NCBI RefSeq assembly: GCF_009914755.1
Contig: NC_060927.1
DNA: 64,000 nucleotides
Source of the DNA: the human T2T-CHM13v2.0 reference genome, Homo sapiens
Direction: 5' to 3' (one strand)
The notes beneath the pieces are model-generated. The model did not search any database. It was not told the origin of the DNA and saw nothing but the letters and a program-made list of their open reading frames with translations. A program made the translations under genes and the position numbers. This document shows, piece after piece, positions 14,053 through 26,433 of the stretch. Positions within the stretch are counted from its first letter, which is position 1. Each line of letters starts with the position of its first letter.

Positions 14053-15261
14053 AGTTTCCCTCGGCAGAGAGGAAATAATATGCAATTAGCCACTAATCAA
14101 GAGAAGGAGCAGTTTAGCTCATAAGATAGAAAAGAATGATGTCTTTGTTTTGCTGTCCTGTCATGTCGTTAGAAAAAAAATCATGGGAGTTTAAAAGTCA
14201 TTGCAGAGGAATTTAGCTTTTTATGAAGAATTATGGGATGGCAGAGCTTCTAGGCCCCCTGAGGAAATAAATCTGCCCACTTTTGGCTGGCGCATGACTC
14301 CTTTAACAGCTGTGTGTGGTCAGCAGTTTACCTTACAATTACCTTATCTTGACCTATCTCCTTTTGATGATGCAAAAGGATGTTAATCAAGGTTGACTCT
14401 TTTTTGGTTCATCCTAAGAATTGACCCCAATCAGTGAATCTCCGCTCTTTGTTTAAAGTTTTGAAGCACAAAGTTTTGACTGTTCCATTTATCTTTTCTG
14501 CCTCATCTGCAAAGGAATTGGCACGTCTCCAGGTCTCCAACTGTGTGGCTACTTCTCATGCTCGCATCTCAGAAAAGTGATGGAATTGTCTGTTGTACGC
14601 ACATCAGCAATGTTCAGTCATGAATTGACTTCTTCGGACTCTAGTAGTGCCTCTTCATCAAGTCTGTGTGTATTTTTTCACCAGTGCTGATGCTTGATTT
14701 GTTATTCCTTGTCTCTGCTGCCTCAGACAGGCCTTCCCGGGATTCTAGTCCTATGTTGTTTGTCTCTATTCATGTGCGTCATTATTGTGTAACTGCCCAC
14801 ATTTTAAATAATTGGCTTTGAGGAGGTGAGAGGCACCCAGGCAAAACTAAGCCCAGTCTTTCAGACCCACTTGCCGGTGTTGGAGTTGGCAGCACAAGCT
14901 GGGTATTCTGAGCTAAAATACTTCATCTCTTTGAGCCTCAGTCTCCTCATTTGGTTTGAGGATTAAATAAAGCAATTTAAGTCTCTGGCACACTATGGGT
15001 GCTCAATGTTAGTCTCTTTTTCTTGGTTTTTCTAAATTTGGTGTAACATGATTCAAATACTATTCACTACTTAGATAAACCTGACTGTGTTATCTTTGTT
15101 CTCATTAAATAGATCTGGTTACCCAACAATGCAGTTTCCTGAGCTCTGTATATTCTGACCAGAAACTACCCAGAATGTGGCCAGCCCTTAAAACTGCAAG
15201 TCACCTGGGAAGGGAAATAGTATTTATTAATACTCCACCCCACCCCATAAAACAAGATATG

Positions 15262-15308
15262 CGTGTGTGTGCACTCATGCATGCATGCACACACACACAC
15301 ACACACAC
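15262..15308. repeat. (GT)/(CA)n microsatellite
   Basis: CGTGTGTGTGCAC...(CA)n; alternating purine-pyrimidine. Confidence 0.85.
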
Positions 15309-16819
15309 AATACTCAATGAACTGTGCTACTAGGGACTTTCCTCACAAAAACTTCATGAGGTAGGCAGCATTAATATTCTAACCTTATAGATTTGGATTT
15401 GAGACTTAGAGGATCTAATTTGCCCACGGATACACGGCCACTAATTAGTAAAGCTGGAATTCCAACCCTTATCTCTCTGATTCCAAAAATGGTTACCTCT
15501 TCAGTAGGCATCTTTTGGCTTTTTGGTAGGATATCTATTCAGAGAATAGTAAAAGAGATACTTGAACTACAAAGTGCAATTCATCATCTGCTTTCACAAG
15601 CTCCAACATTTCCATGAAATATTTGGATAGGGTGAGGTATGGCAACTTTGGGGGTGTGGGTGATTTGGTTCATAACTGTGTGTTTATGTGTGTGTTGGCA
15701 TGGGTGTGTATCTGCAGCATGAATGTAATTATAATAACCCACTCACAAAACTCCTCACACTAAGGGGCAGAACTCTGTATGTTGAGAAACCACAAGTCTT
15801 TAAGTAAGAAATGTCTCACAGGAGTCAAATATCAACCAAACATCTGTGTGGCTAATCAAGGAGCTACAAGGCCACACTTAGTCAACAGGAAGAGTCCCTA
15901 TAGAAAGACATCACTAAAAGCAGTGCCATATGATTTATTTGCTATAACTCAATTTCCATCTGTCTCATAAGGTGGATTGTGTACACACTGCACTGCAGGC
16001 ATTCAGCCACGGTGGAAGCATACCAAGGAGCAGAAAACCTTCTCCTCCCTCGGGCTATTGGTGATATGCTCTGCTAAGAACCAGGCAGGGCCAGGGTGGC
16101 CTACAAGGAAATGCCTTGGGCCGTCTTGCCAAGACTTCATACCTTTAGGAGCTGGCTGGATCATGGGCCTTTGAACAAGGTTCTGTAGCAGTAATGGGGC
16201 CAGGTGGGTTTTAAGCATTCTGCTTTTCTCGGAGATTCCTTTGACTCACATTTGCAGACTCCAGATGGTAATTTTGCCACTTCAGGCAAGATGCTGTTCA
16301 TAGTCCCTTAAATTTCTTACATAAATAAAGAATGAGCCAAATAAATACTTTCTTGCTATTGTGTGTTGAAGAAAATCAGGTGAAACTGAAACCCTTTCGC
16401 ATTCTGTAAACAGTATACAAAATGTAGGAATGCTTAAGGCTGAGTAAAAACCAGTGTGATCCTATAAAACCAAGCCATTGCATAAGAACCAAAGAACTTC
16501 TAGAGCCTTCTGAAAATTAATGATTATTTTAGACAATATTAACCTTTATTTTTTGTAGGTAACAGGAACCTCATCTATTTTGTTTCAAAAGCTTCCTTGT
16601 TTAGGTTACTATAATATCCTCAACAGCTTTGAAGGAAGAGATTTTAAGAAACTATTTCTGTAGGAAAATTTCCTCCTTTGGCATTCCTTTTTGTTAGGCA
16701 AACCTATCTTATAGAAAGTCAGCACCATGACACATTTGCTGTGGAGAGAGAGGAAAGGAAGTCAAGGAGAGGGTACCCTCAGACAGGGTTATATGTTCTC
16801 CCTCCAGGACCCATAGTGA

Positions 16820-17180
16820 TGATATGGTTTGTCTGTGTTCCCACCCAAATCTCATCTGGAATTGTGGATCCTGTAATTCTCACCTGTCGTGGGAGGGACC
16901 CAGTGGGAGATAATTGAATCATGGAGGCGGTTGCACCCACACTGTTTTTGTGGTAGTGAATAAGTCTCATGAGATCTAATGGTTTTATAAGGGGAAATCC
17001 CTTTTGCTTGCTTCTCATTCTCTCTTGCCTGCTGCCATGTAAGATGTGCCTTTCACCTTCCACCATAATTGTGAGGCCTCCCCAGCCACGTGGAACTGTG
17101 AATCCAATAAACCTCTTTTACTTTATAAATTACCCAGTCTCAGGTATGTCTTTATCACAGCGTGATAATGGACTATTACA
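16820..17180 (+). mobile_element. THE1B-like solo LTR
   Basis: TGATATGGTTTG...CCCACCCAAATCTCATC...GGACTATTACA. Confidence 0.93.
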
Positions 17181-17702
17181 CAGAACATTTCTGAAGTACA
17201 CTGTAGCTAGCTGTGTGACTTAGGGCAATTATTTAAAGACTCAGAGATTTAATTCCCTCACCCATGAAATGAAAATAATAATATATAATATATCTTTTGG
17301 GTTTCTCTTGATGGATAACATGAAATTACAGAAAATCATGTTGTTACTCCAATGTGCTGAGTAGACAGGGTTCATTAAATATTACTTACATCTGAATCTG
17401 AATGTTAAAGTGTAATGCTGGAATGGGAAATGCAAGAGGACAATTCTTGTTTTGTGGGGTTGGCATATCTGCTGGGTGAGGAGGGCACTTCCTCATTAAA
17501 TTACTCAGCAAACTTCACTGAGAGCCCATTGTGTTCCAGGCACAATGCTGGATGCTGGGGAGAGGGATGAATAAAAGAATCTCAGCTCACATGGAGCTCA
17601 TGGCCTGGTTGGGGAGAGGGACATTTAAATAAATAAATCACTATCTGGTGCTGAGTGCAGCAACTGAATCATGTGCAGGGTAGAGAGATAACACAAAGAA
17701 AG

Positions 17703-18537
17703 TAAGGTCAACAATGTAAGGTCATGGGTTCAGTCTGATCTGCTGTCTGTTTTGGTAAATGAAGTTTTATTGGAACATAGCCTGCTCATTCATTTACCTA
17801 TTGTCTATGGCCACTTTTACCCTTACGGTGAGTGCAGTCGGTTCTGCTCTAAGGATGCACATGCGTTTCTGAAAATCACCACACTATACACGATTGTGTA
17901 ATAAAAAACACAAGGCCTATGGGGGAAATGGCACTGGGCACAGCACTCAAGAACTTGGCCAGTGACACATAAAAAAATGGATAACCTGAAAAAGATGACA
18001 ACATATTTCTACACATGTAAAATGGTTAAGAAACATATAACAATACTACCACAAATATGGCCACTTGCCTTGAAAAAGCCCTGGCATTAGCCTGTAGAAG
18101 TGGGAGTGAGAAGCGCTGCAGCTCATGAGCTATTGTGGAGCGGTCAGAGGGGGTTATCTGGAATCCCAGGGAAAGTTGTAGCAGTGGATGTGCATGGTGT
18201 GGCTTATACACTCATGCTGAAATGAGGGTGGATGGCAGATGTTTGATGGGGGTGTGTGTGTGTGCATTGTATAATTTCTTACGTGTCTTGTTACAGATGT
18301 GTTCAGTTTTTTTGCTTTTACTTAGTGTTTCTCACAGAGGAAATTGCACATAAGCAAACGTGAAATTCATGTCATGCCCATATTGTTCCCTAATATATTA
18401 ATCGTATTGGAACAAATGCACATTTCTAAACAAGTGTTAGAGCAGAATTGATTGTTGTTGCAACAGAGACCATATGGCCCACAAATTCTGAAACACATAC
18501 TATCTGGTCCTTACCAGAAAATGTTTGCTGACTGCTG
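17703..18537 (+). mobile_element. MER58A hAT MITE split in two (17703-17834 and 18455-18537)
   Basis: GTAAATGAAGTTTTATTGGAACATAGCC...TTGTCTATGGC and CAACAGAGACCATATGGCCCACAAA...TATCTGGTCCTTACCAGAAAATGTTTGCTGAC. Confidence 0.8.
17835..18454. mobile_element. Non-autonomous Tc1/mariner (Tigger-like) element, about 620 bp
   Basis: Terminal inverted repeats CAGTCGGTTCTGCTCTAA / TTAGAGCAGAATTGATTG; decayed TA target site. Confidence 0.8.
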
Positions 18538-20019
18538 GCACAGAGGAAGGAGGGGTCAACTCTGAGGGAACAGGAAGGCTGCCAGAGGGTGCTGTGTCTG
18601 AACTGTGTTTAGGAGGTTGAAGAAGGCAAGTCTGAGAGGTAACACAAGGGACTGGGAACATTTTGCCATTTTTATTGTTATTCCCTCTCCCATGCATATA
18701 CCTACATTCACTTATCCTCCTTTCTTTCCCAAGAGTATAGCTCTTCCAACTTTTGTATAGAGTGAACCAGGATGCAATACACAGCCTTATGGGTCAGAAA
18801 ATGCTCCTCTGATTTAGGAGCACTCAAAATGCTGAAAAAACCCCTCCTCTTGTCAGCCCATATCTGGGAATGGCACAGGCCTTGCCTGGGCCATCCCTTG
18901 CATGTGGAAAAGCAGTGGTTCAGTAGGAGAGGCAGCAGAATGGCCCATCAGTGGGTTACTAGGATACCATGTGGTCTCCCCTTTTACAACCCTCTTTGTG
19001 AGGTCCAACTCCTCCCTGGGGTCTGGCCTCATCAGAGTTTTCATCCCTATCTCCCTAAATCATACTGATCATACTGAACTTTTTTCTAATTCCATATGAG
19101 AGTTATGAGTCTGAACAGAGATATGCAAAACCATTTCAAAAAATTGGCTGTTTTCCAGATCAGCAAAATCAGTAGGAGGTGATTAAAATAACTGACCTCA
19201 GGAAAAAATACAGAGATGACATTGATGAGAAGGAGGTGTGTTAGTCAACCACAAAGAAAAGAAGGAGAGAGGACATTTTGGTCCATCTCTCTAAGGCCTC
19301 TGTTCTTATCAGAGGAAACAAAGGCATATCAGACTACCTCAGTTTAATGTCAGAAAACAATCGTGTTACATAACTCTCCTTGATCTGCTTTCATGTCCAA
19401 GTATCTTCTTTTTAATTATAATTTGCCTTCAGGGAAAACATGATGGCCGTACTAATTTACTCTAATCCAAGTTACTGCTCATAGGAAACAATATATTGAC
19501 CATCTGGTGTTATACATCAGGCTCCTGAGTGTGGTTAGTTAGAGTCTACCCTGAGTCTATTTGATTCTCAGGCTCCAGAATATAATAAATCTGGTTTCTG
19601 GGTTAGCAGAGTGGAAGACTGGATTGAGCTCCAGTAAATATAGCAACATAATGTTCATTCCCTGTGAGCCTCTACCGTGCTTGCAATGTTCTTTCCGTCA
19701 ACTGTGTATCTTCGAGCCTTGCTTTAGGGTCAAGCCCAACGCATGCTGTGTTTTATGATGCTCTCTTTTTCACTCCCAGACAATACCGTTCTCACTGGCC
19801 TGTGAGAACCCACTGCACGTTATTTACACAAACCTGTTCAGAACACTTGTAACACTTTATCTTGCACTACAGTTATTTGCCCATGGGCTATTTTTGCCTA
19901 AACTTGGAATTCTGAGAAAGCAGAGTTTGTGTGCCCTGTTGCACCCAGCACAGTAAAATGCTTAATGAACTAGTAGCATCCTGACAGCATTGGTAGGCAC
20001 AGCAGTTATGGTGTGTGCA

Positions 20020-20021
<2 letters not shown>

Positions 20022-20052
<31 letters not shown>
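20022..20052. repeat. (TG)n microsatellite
   Basis: About 15 GT units. Confidence 0.95.
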
Positions 20053-20054
<2 letters not shown>

Positions 20055-21198
20055 AGAGGTTTCATCTGGAGCAAAGGGACTTTGCTGAGGGAGGATACCC
20101 CCAGTTAAAATTTATGTGGGTGGAGGAGGAAAAGCTCGATAGTCAGGCATAGAATGAGAGCCCAGGTCTCTGAGTAAGAGCTCCCATTGCAGACTCTGTT
20201 TTGAGCACTCTGCACACACACCATCTCTTCAATCCTCTTAAGGATCCTGTGATAGTGGTGAGGTTTACTTTCCCACTTTTACAGCTGAGGAAACTCAGGG
20301 AGATTAAGGAATTTCCTCAGCATTAAGTAAGTAGTAGCTAGGCTGGCTCTATGCTTCATCCTCTTAACCACCATGCAAAAGCTTCTTGTCAAGCCTGGCC
20401 TTGGACCAGCTCCTTATGAAGGGAGGGTGGTTTAACCTGCACCAATCAATGAGTCACTAGCACGAGAATACAAAGGAACGGATTCTGGGCTTCAGACTCT
20501 CTGTCCAGTGCATTGCCAATGGTCCTTTTGTGAGGCGTGTCCTGCAAGATGACCTTGGGGCCTGAGCCACATCTATGTGCCATCCAGCCTGGCTCTCACT
20601 TCTTTGTAAGGCACCACCTTTGTGCAGGCCCCAGGATTCATTGGGTCCATTTTTGGAAATAGATCCTGGAGAGTAATGCCTATGTGTGGGTTAACTTGTA
20701 GAGCACAGAGCTCTAAGTCCCTGGAAATATCTTTGCAGGGTGACAATGCTCAGGTGACAAGAATGCTTGGCCAGAAGGGCACATTGGTGAAGAAGGGTGA
20801 ACCAGGGTGAACTATATGATCTCTCTTTCAAATGATGTAAAAGACGTAAGAGCCTTTGATTCCTTGTTTTTTCTTACACAATGCTATAATGGAAGTAGGT
20901 CTGACAGGTTGTCCTGAAATGGGAAGAGAAGTGGACAACTGTCCAGAGGTGGGCTGGTCCTATTCAACTGCTGGTGACTCATCAGGGGAATGGGGGGCAG
21001 GGTTGTGCTCACGTCAGCAGGCTGTCTCCTTCAGTCTTATCTACAATTTGGGATAAGTTGCCTTTTTTTTCTAACAAGATATCTTTGGAGGAGAAAATCA
21101 GATAATAGGTGTGAATGTGTTTTGAAAACATTATAAAAGTGGCACCAAGGCATAGTCTGCTTTTTTTTGGAGTGGACAATTTTTAAAAGCCATTCCTG

Positions 21199-21542
<344 letters not shown>

Positions 21543-21622
21543 TCAAAATGGCTTAGAGGTTCTACTATGGTGTATGTTTCACATTCAGTTGGAAATCCCT
21601 CTTCTTTTCCTTTTTAAATGTC

Positions 21623-22116
21623 TGTGGGAGGCTGAATAATGGCCCTTAAAGATGTTCAGATGCTAAGGCCTGGAACCTGTGCATATGTCACCTTATATGG
21701 CAAAAGGGACTTTGCAGATGTAATTCAGCTAATCTTGAAATGGGCAGATTATCTGAGTGGCCCGGTGTAATCAGAAGGGTTCTTAGAAGAGGGAAATAAA
21801 ACCAAAGGTAGAAGAAGGAGATGGGAAGAAGGAAGCAGAGGTTGGAGTGATGTGCTTTGAAGATGGAGGAAAGAGCCAGGAGCCAAGGAATGCAGGTGGC
21901 TGCTAGAAGCTGCAAAAGACAAGGAAACAGATTCTCCCCTGAGACTTCCAGAAGGAGTGCAACCCTCCCAGCACCTTGATTTTACGTTTCTTACCCCCAA
22001 AACTGTAAGGGAATAAATTTTAAGCTGCTTACTTCCAAAACTGTAAAAGAATACATTTTGTTTTAAGCCACTAAGTTTGTAGTAATTTATTACGGTAGCA
22101 ATTGGAAATGAATAGA
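21623..22116 (+). mobile_element. MLT1D/C-like LTR
   Basis: TGTGGGAGGCTGAATAATGGCCC...ATGGCAAAAGGGACTTTGCAGATGTAATT...TTTAAGCCACTAAGTTTGTAGTAATTT. Confidence 0.88.
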
Positions 22117-22119
22117 ATA

Positions 22120-22322
22120 TCCTCCCTCCCCTCCCCTTTCCCTTCCCCTTCCCTCCCCATCCCCCTCCCTCCCTTCCCTCCTTCCTTCCTTCCTTCTTTC
22201 CTTTTCCCTTATTCTTCTACCCTTTCTGTCTCCCTCTGTCCACTCATTCCCTCTCTCTTTCCCTAAGCCCCTTCCTTCCTTCCTCTTCTCCTTCCCCTTC
22301 TTCTATTTACCCTTTCCCTTTT
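22120..22322. repeat. CT-rich polypyrimidine low-complexity tract
   Basis: About 200 bp nearly all C/T (CCCT, CCTT units). Confidence 0.9.
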
Positions 22323-24029
22323 GGGAGTAAACAAACCAAGTAGCAGTTAGTAAAATACCTGATGATTTAATAGTGATAGGTTTTTGGTTTATGTTATTTT
22401 AAAGTTTTCTGCTGATTATTAAGAGCTCTGGTGAAGAGATTAATTCAGCCACCATGATTTGTTTCCTTGCCTTGACTTCATAAAAATCACAGGGATACAA
22501 TAATATAGTTATACATCCCTTGGGCTCGAAAATGCCCAGTAATTACAAGTGATTCACGAGAACAGCTTAACTTGTAAGGGATTGTATTGTGCTCTATAGT
22601 AAGCAGTCATTTATTAAGTTTAAAAATGCCTTTAGAAAGGATATAATGGAATCATCAATTAAAAGTAGGTTAGGAAAAAACTCCGGGGCTGTCTGTTGTA
22701 ATTCTTCTTCACCCAAACCCTCCTTTTTAAGGCTGCCAAGTTGCACATTGTGTGTGGAATGCCTGCCCTCCTTTCCTAATGTTTCCTGATGCCACCTAGG
22801 AGCATGGTGCAGCCCCACTCAGTGCCAAGTGAGGTTCAGATGGCCAGGACTTCCAGGTCTGAGGCACTGCAGTTCTCCTTCACAGCTTGGCCATCCATCA
22901 TTTGATTAGAATGAGGTTACCCGGCTAACACATCCTGGCAGTGGAGAAGCACTGGCCGGGCCTCCTCAGGCAGCTGGGTTGCTGTCCACGTTACTAATGC
23001 TCAGCCCTGCCACTAACAGATGGCCGAGAGTGACCTTCCAGGGGAACTCGGCTCTTTTGTAGCAACTGGTGCTTCCAACACATGACTTCTAAAAGTTCTT
23101 ATTTGTCTCTGGCATGGACGAGAATAGGCCTTCACCTTCCAAGTTCCGTTGGGTGGGTTGATTCCTGTCTTCTTCTGCAGAACAAAACATGAAAAGCATA
23201 TGCTTCACGCTTCCTTTCTTGGTAACCTGCCATCCCTTTCCTCTCCCCAGACTTGATTTCCAGCTGAAGTCCTTGTCTCTTCCTGTAAAAGGCTAAGTCT
23301 ATGCCATGATCTGCCCATTGCTTCCTCTGGCCTCTCCTGCTTTCTCTTGCCTCTCCTTGCTAGTGCTTTCCTGGGAGGCAGCCTGCTTCTTCTCACAGCC
23401 AATCCTTCCATCGATGTCTATATCCTGTGGTTTCCTGAGGGACCTTGCTGCTCCCTATCTGCTGCGTGGCCAAACAGCCTCTTCATAGATCCACCTCTTC
23501 CATCTTGAAACACTCTTTCACTTAACACTATGCACCTGGTAAATATTGGCTGATTCCCATCTCTCCGTATGTATCCAGATGCTTTCATTTTCCTACCTCT
23601 TATTTCCTCCAAAGTCCTTGCAGTCTGGTTCTATCCCCAATATTCTGTCAAAAACTGCAGTCAAGTTGGCCTTTCTCTCTCTCCCTTTTAGACAAATTCT
23701 CTGCTCTTTCCTAAGCCATTCTTCTTGGTTCCTTCTATATCAGACACACAGGTACTACCCCCACTCCTCTCATGATTTAAAACTCATTTTCCACCTGGTT
23801 TCTAGGCAATCTGTCCTCAAAATCCTTCATACTCTTTCATCCTTGTTGATCGTTTTTTGAAATAGTTATAATTTAGCCCATATTTTTAATGAATACCATT
23901 TGTTCTTTCCTATCTACATCATTCGGTCTCTAACCAGGCCCCAATATACTAACTCTATTTTGATCTTTCAATTCCTGCACTCTTCTCTTATGCATGATGT
24001 TTATTTTTACTTTTCTGACATGGCTTATA

Positions 24030-24560
24030 AGTTCATGCATTCAGAAACATTCATTGAGCACCTACTGTGTGCCAGTCATTGTGCTAGTCATAGGGATAAA
24101 ATGGTGAGTAAAACAAATGAATTCCTGCCTTCATGAAGATTATGATTTGCTAGGGAAGACCAATAATCACACAAATAAAAGTCGAATTTGCAAATGTGGT
24201 TAGGGCTTTGAAGGGGAGGACCATAGTATCCTGAGAGAATATCATGGGTGGGGCAGTGAGGGGAGAGTGAGGAAACTAATTAGGGAGGTCAGAAGGGAAA
24301 TGAGTTGAAATATGAAGTCTGGTTAGATGTTAACTAGTTGCAGGGGCTAAATGAAGGGCTTTCTGAGCAGCAGAAAGAGCATGTGCAAAGGCCCTGTGGT
24401 GAAAGAGATCAAGGAACTTGGTGTCAGAAAAAGCCAGGGGTCGGCAGAGATCTAAACGTGCAGGGTTTGCAGACCACCCTGCTAATGAGGGAGTTTTAAA
24501 AAGGGTGGAGGAGGGAACCATGGTCACACTGATCTTTTGAAAAGATTCTGTTTATTTAAC
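24030..24560 (-). mobile_element. L2 3' fragment
   Basis: CATTCATTGAGCACCTACTGTGTGCCAG...AGCATGTGCAAAGGCCCTGTGG. Confidence 0.75.
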
Positions 24561-26347
24561 CTGACTTCACACAGCCAACTCCCTCTCATTGAGCATACAC
24601 TTTTGAGATGTGCCAGGGAAGAGAGTTGGCTGGACTAGATTGTGAACTCCAAATCTGTGGAGGGTTTTCAATGAAGATGCATAAGGCCCTAGGGAGCAGG
24701 CCTAACAGATGTTATCAGTAAGGCAGGAGGAGGAGAAGAGCTTCAGTTTAGCCACATTCCTCTGGAGACCTCTCTGACTGGGCTTCTCTGGCTGAGTTAC
24801 ATCGCCCTGATCTGATGCTCAAGAGCAACAGCTGGCACTGAGGGAAGGAGACAGTGGTGGCTGTGTGCATGTTGCTGTGGATAATTGGAGGTAGAAAAGG
24901 AAAAGTGGCTCACCTAATTGTATTCTAAATTACATCCATTGTTCAATTTCTTAAAAGTACTTGATGCATTCAAGAAGGAAAGTCCTTTCTGGAGTGGGGG
25001 ATCGATGAGGGGCAGAAGGAGGGAATGGATGCATAGGTACTCTTATCACCTTACTCAGGGTGTTGTAAGTGCAGATTTGAGTGGCTTGCTCAATTACTTT
25101 CACTGTGTGCATGCTAACGGTAATAAACTTGGAAAACTGAAACACATGAGTCTATAGTAATTGTTTTTTAGATAGTGTAATAATTCATGATAATTGCTTG
25201 CAAAGCATTTTCCCCCTCCTTGTCTACAGGGGTAAATACATTAAAGCCGCGTTCTTGTATACTATTTTACAATCTATTAGCATAATAACCCATCGTAAAA
25301 TAAGCCCTGCTGCTGTGGGAAAGTGTGTGATATTGGTCCATTAGACACCTTTATTCTTATATACAAGCAACTAATGGCACTATTTATGGGCTCATGTTAG
25401 TTTTGTATATGCTTGTTACCAACTAATAGATTCAGAACATGAAGTACTGTTTGATAAAAGTTATCCAACACTAACAATCCACCATGACTCTAGCCTTTTG
25501 CTTGCTTGAAAATTGCTTTTAGCCCCATGTGAATGGGAAAGTCATCATGATAAATTTAGCTGCAAGCCAAGCTATAACCAATGTTCAGAGAATGTAATCA
25601 AATTAGATCTTAAAGCCTTTAATTTCATTATTAGCATGTATTATTTCTTCCCCAAACCTTGTAATTAAATAGCATATTAGGAATAGATAATTTTTTCCCT
25701 TTTATACATTTATTAGGTATCTGGGGTTAAATTTGGATCTCTGTTATGATACACATCTGCTTATTCTTAAATTAGGATGGCTTTAATGATACCTGAAGAA
25801 TTAGAAAAGTAATTGGTTAATGAAACTAAGGGAATCTGTTTCAAATACGATATCACTATGTTTACCCAAGCACTGTTATAATCTGAGAGTTGTATAATTA
25901 GCCAAATTATACAGAGGAAAATTAGACACTCATTATTTACTTTTCTTGGACATTCTGTGGGTTTGAGCAAAAATTTTCACTACACACATGAGATTAATTC
26001 TTCTTGATGTTTACATCTGGTTTACCACAAGTCAAGAATTTCAGATAAATGCTGTTTTCTTACTCCCAGTTAGTAGTAAGAAATCCGAGGCTTTGTCATT
26101 ACTGCAGGAGCTATTGCTGTGGAGAATGGAGGTTGCATGGGCTGTACACACTGGCCGAACCATGAATTCAATGACTGCTGACACACAGAGAACCCCCTTT
26201 TGTGGCCCGGTGGACTGGTCTGTGTCTCTGGGAAGGGTTCTGGTCTAGGCCAACTTAACTTTCTCCCCTTTAACTCATTCCTCCTCCCATCTCCAACAGA
26301 GATTGTTGCTGGGTTTAGCTAAATAAATTCCCAAGTAGCTGGTAGTT

Positions 26348-26433
26348 CAGTGGTTCTCAACCCTGGCTGCATGTGAGAATCACCCAGGGAGCTTTAAAAA
26401 CTGCAGATGTCTGGCCCCACCCCCAGAGATTTC
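26348..26433. mobile_element. MER5A half element
   Basis: CAGTGGTTCTCAACCCTGGCTGCATGTGAGAATCACCCAGGGAGCTTTAAAAA. Confidence 0.75.

Larger units (their letters stand above)
17500..18640 (-). mobile_element. L2 fragment hosting the MER58A/Tigger nest
   Basis: ACTCAGCAAACTTCACTGAGAGCCCATTGTGTTCCAGGCACAATGCTGG; resumes after 18537. Confidence 0.6.
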
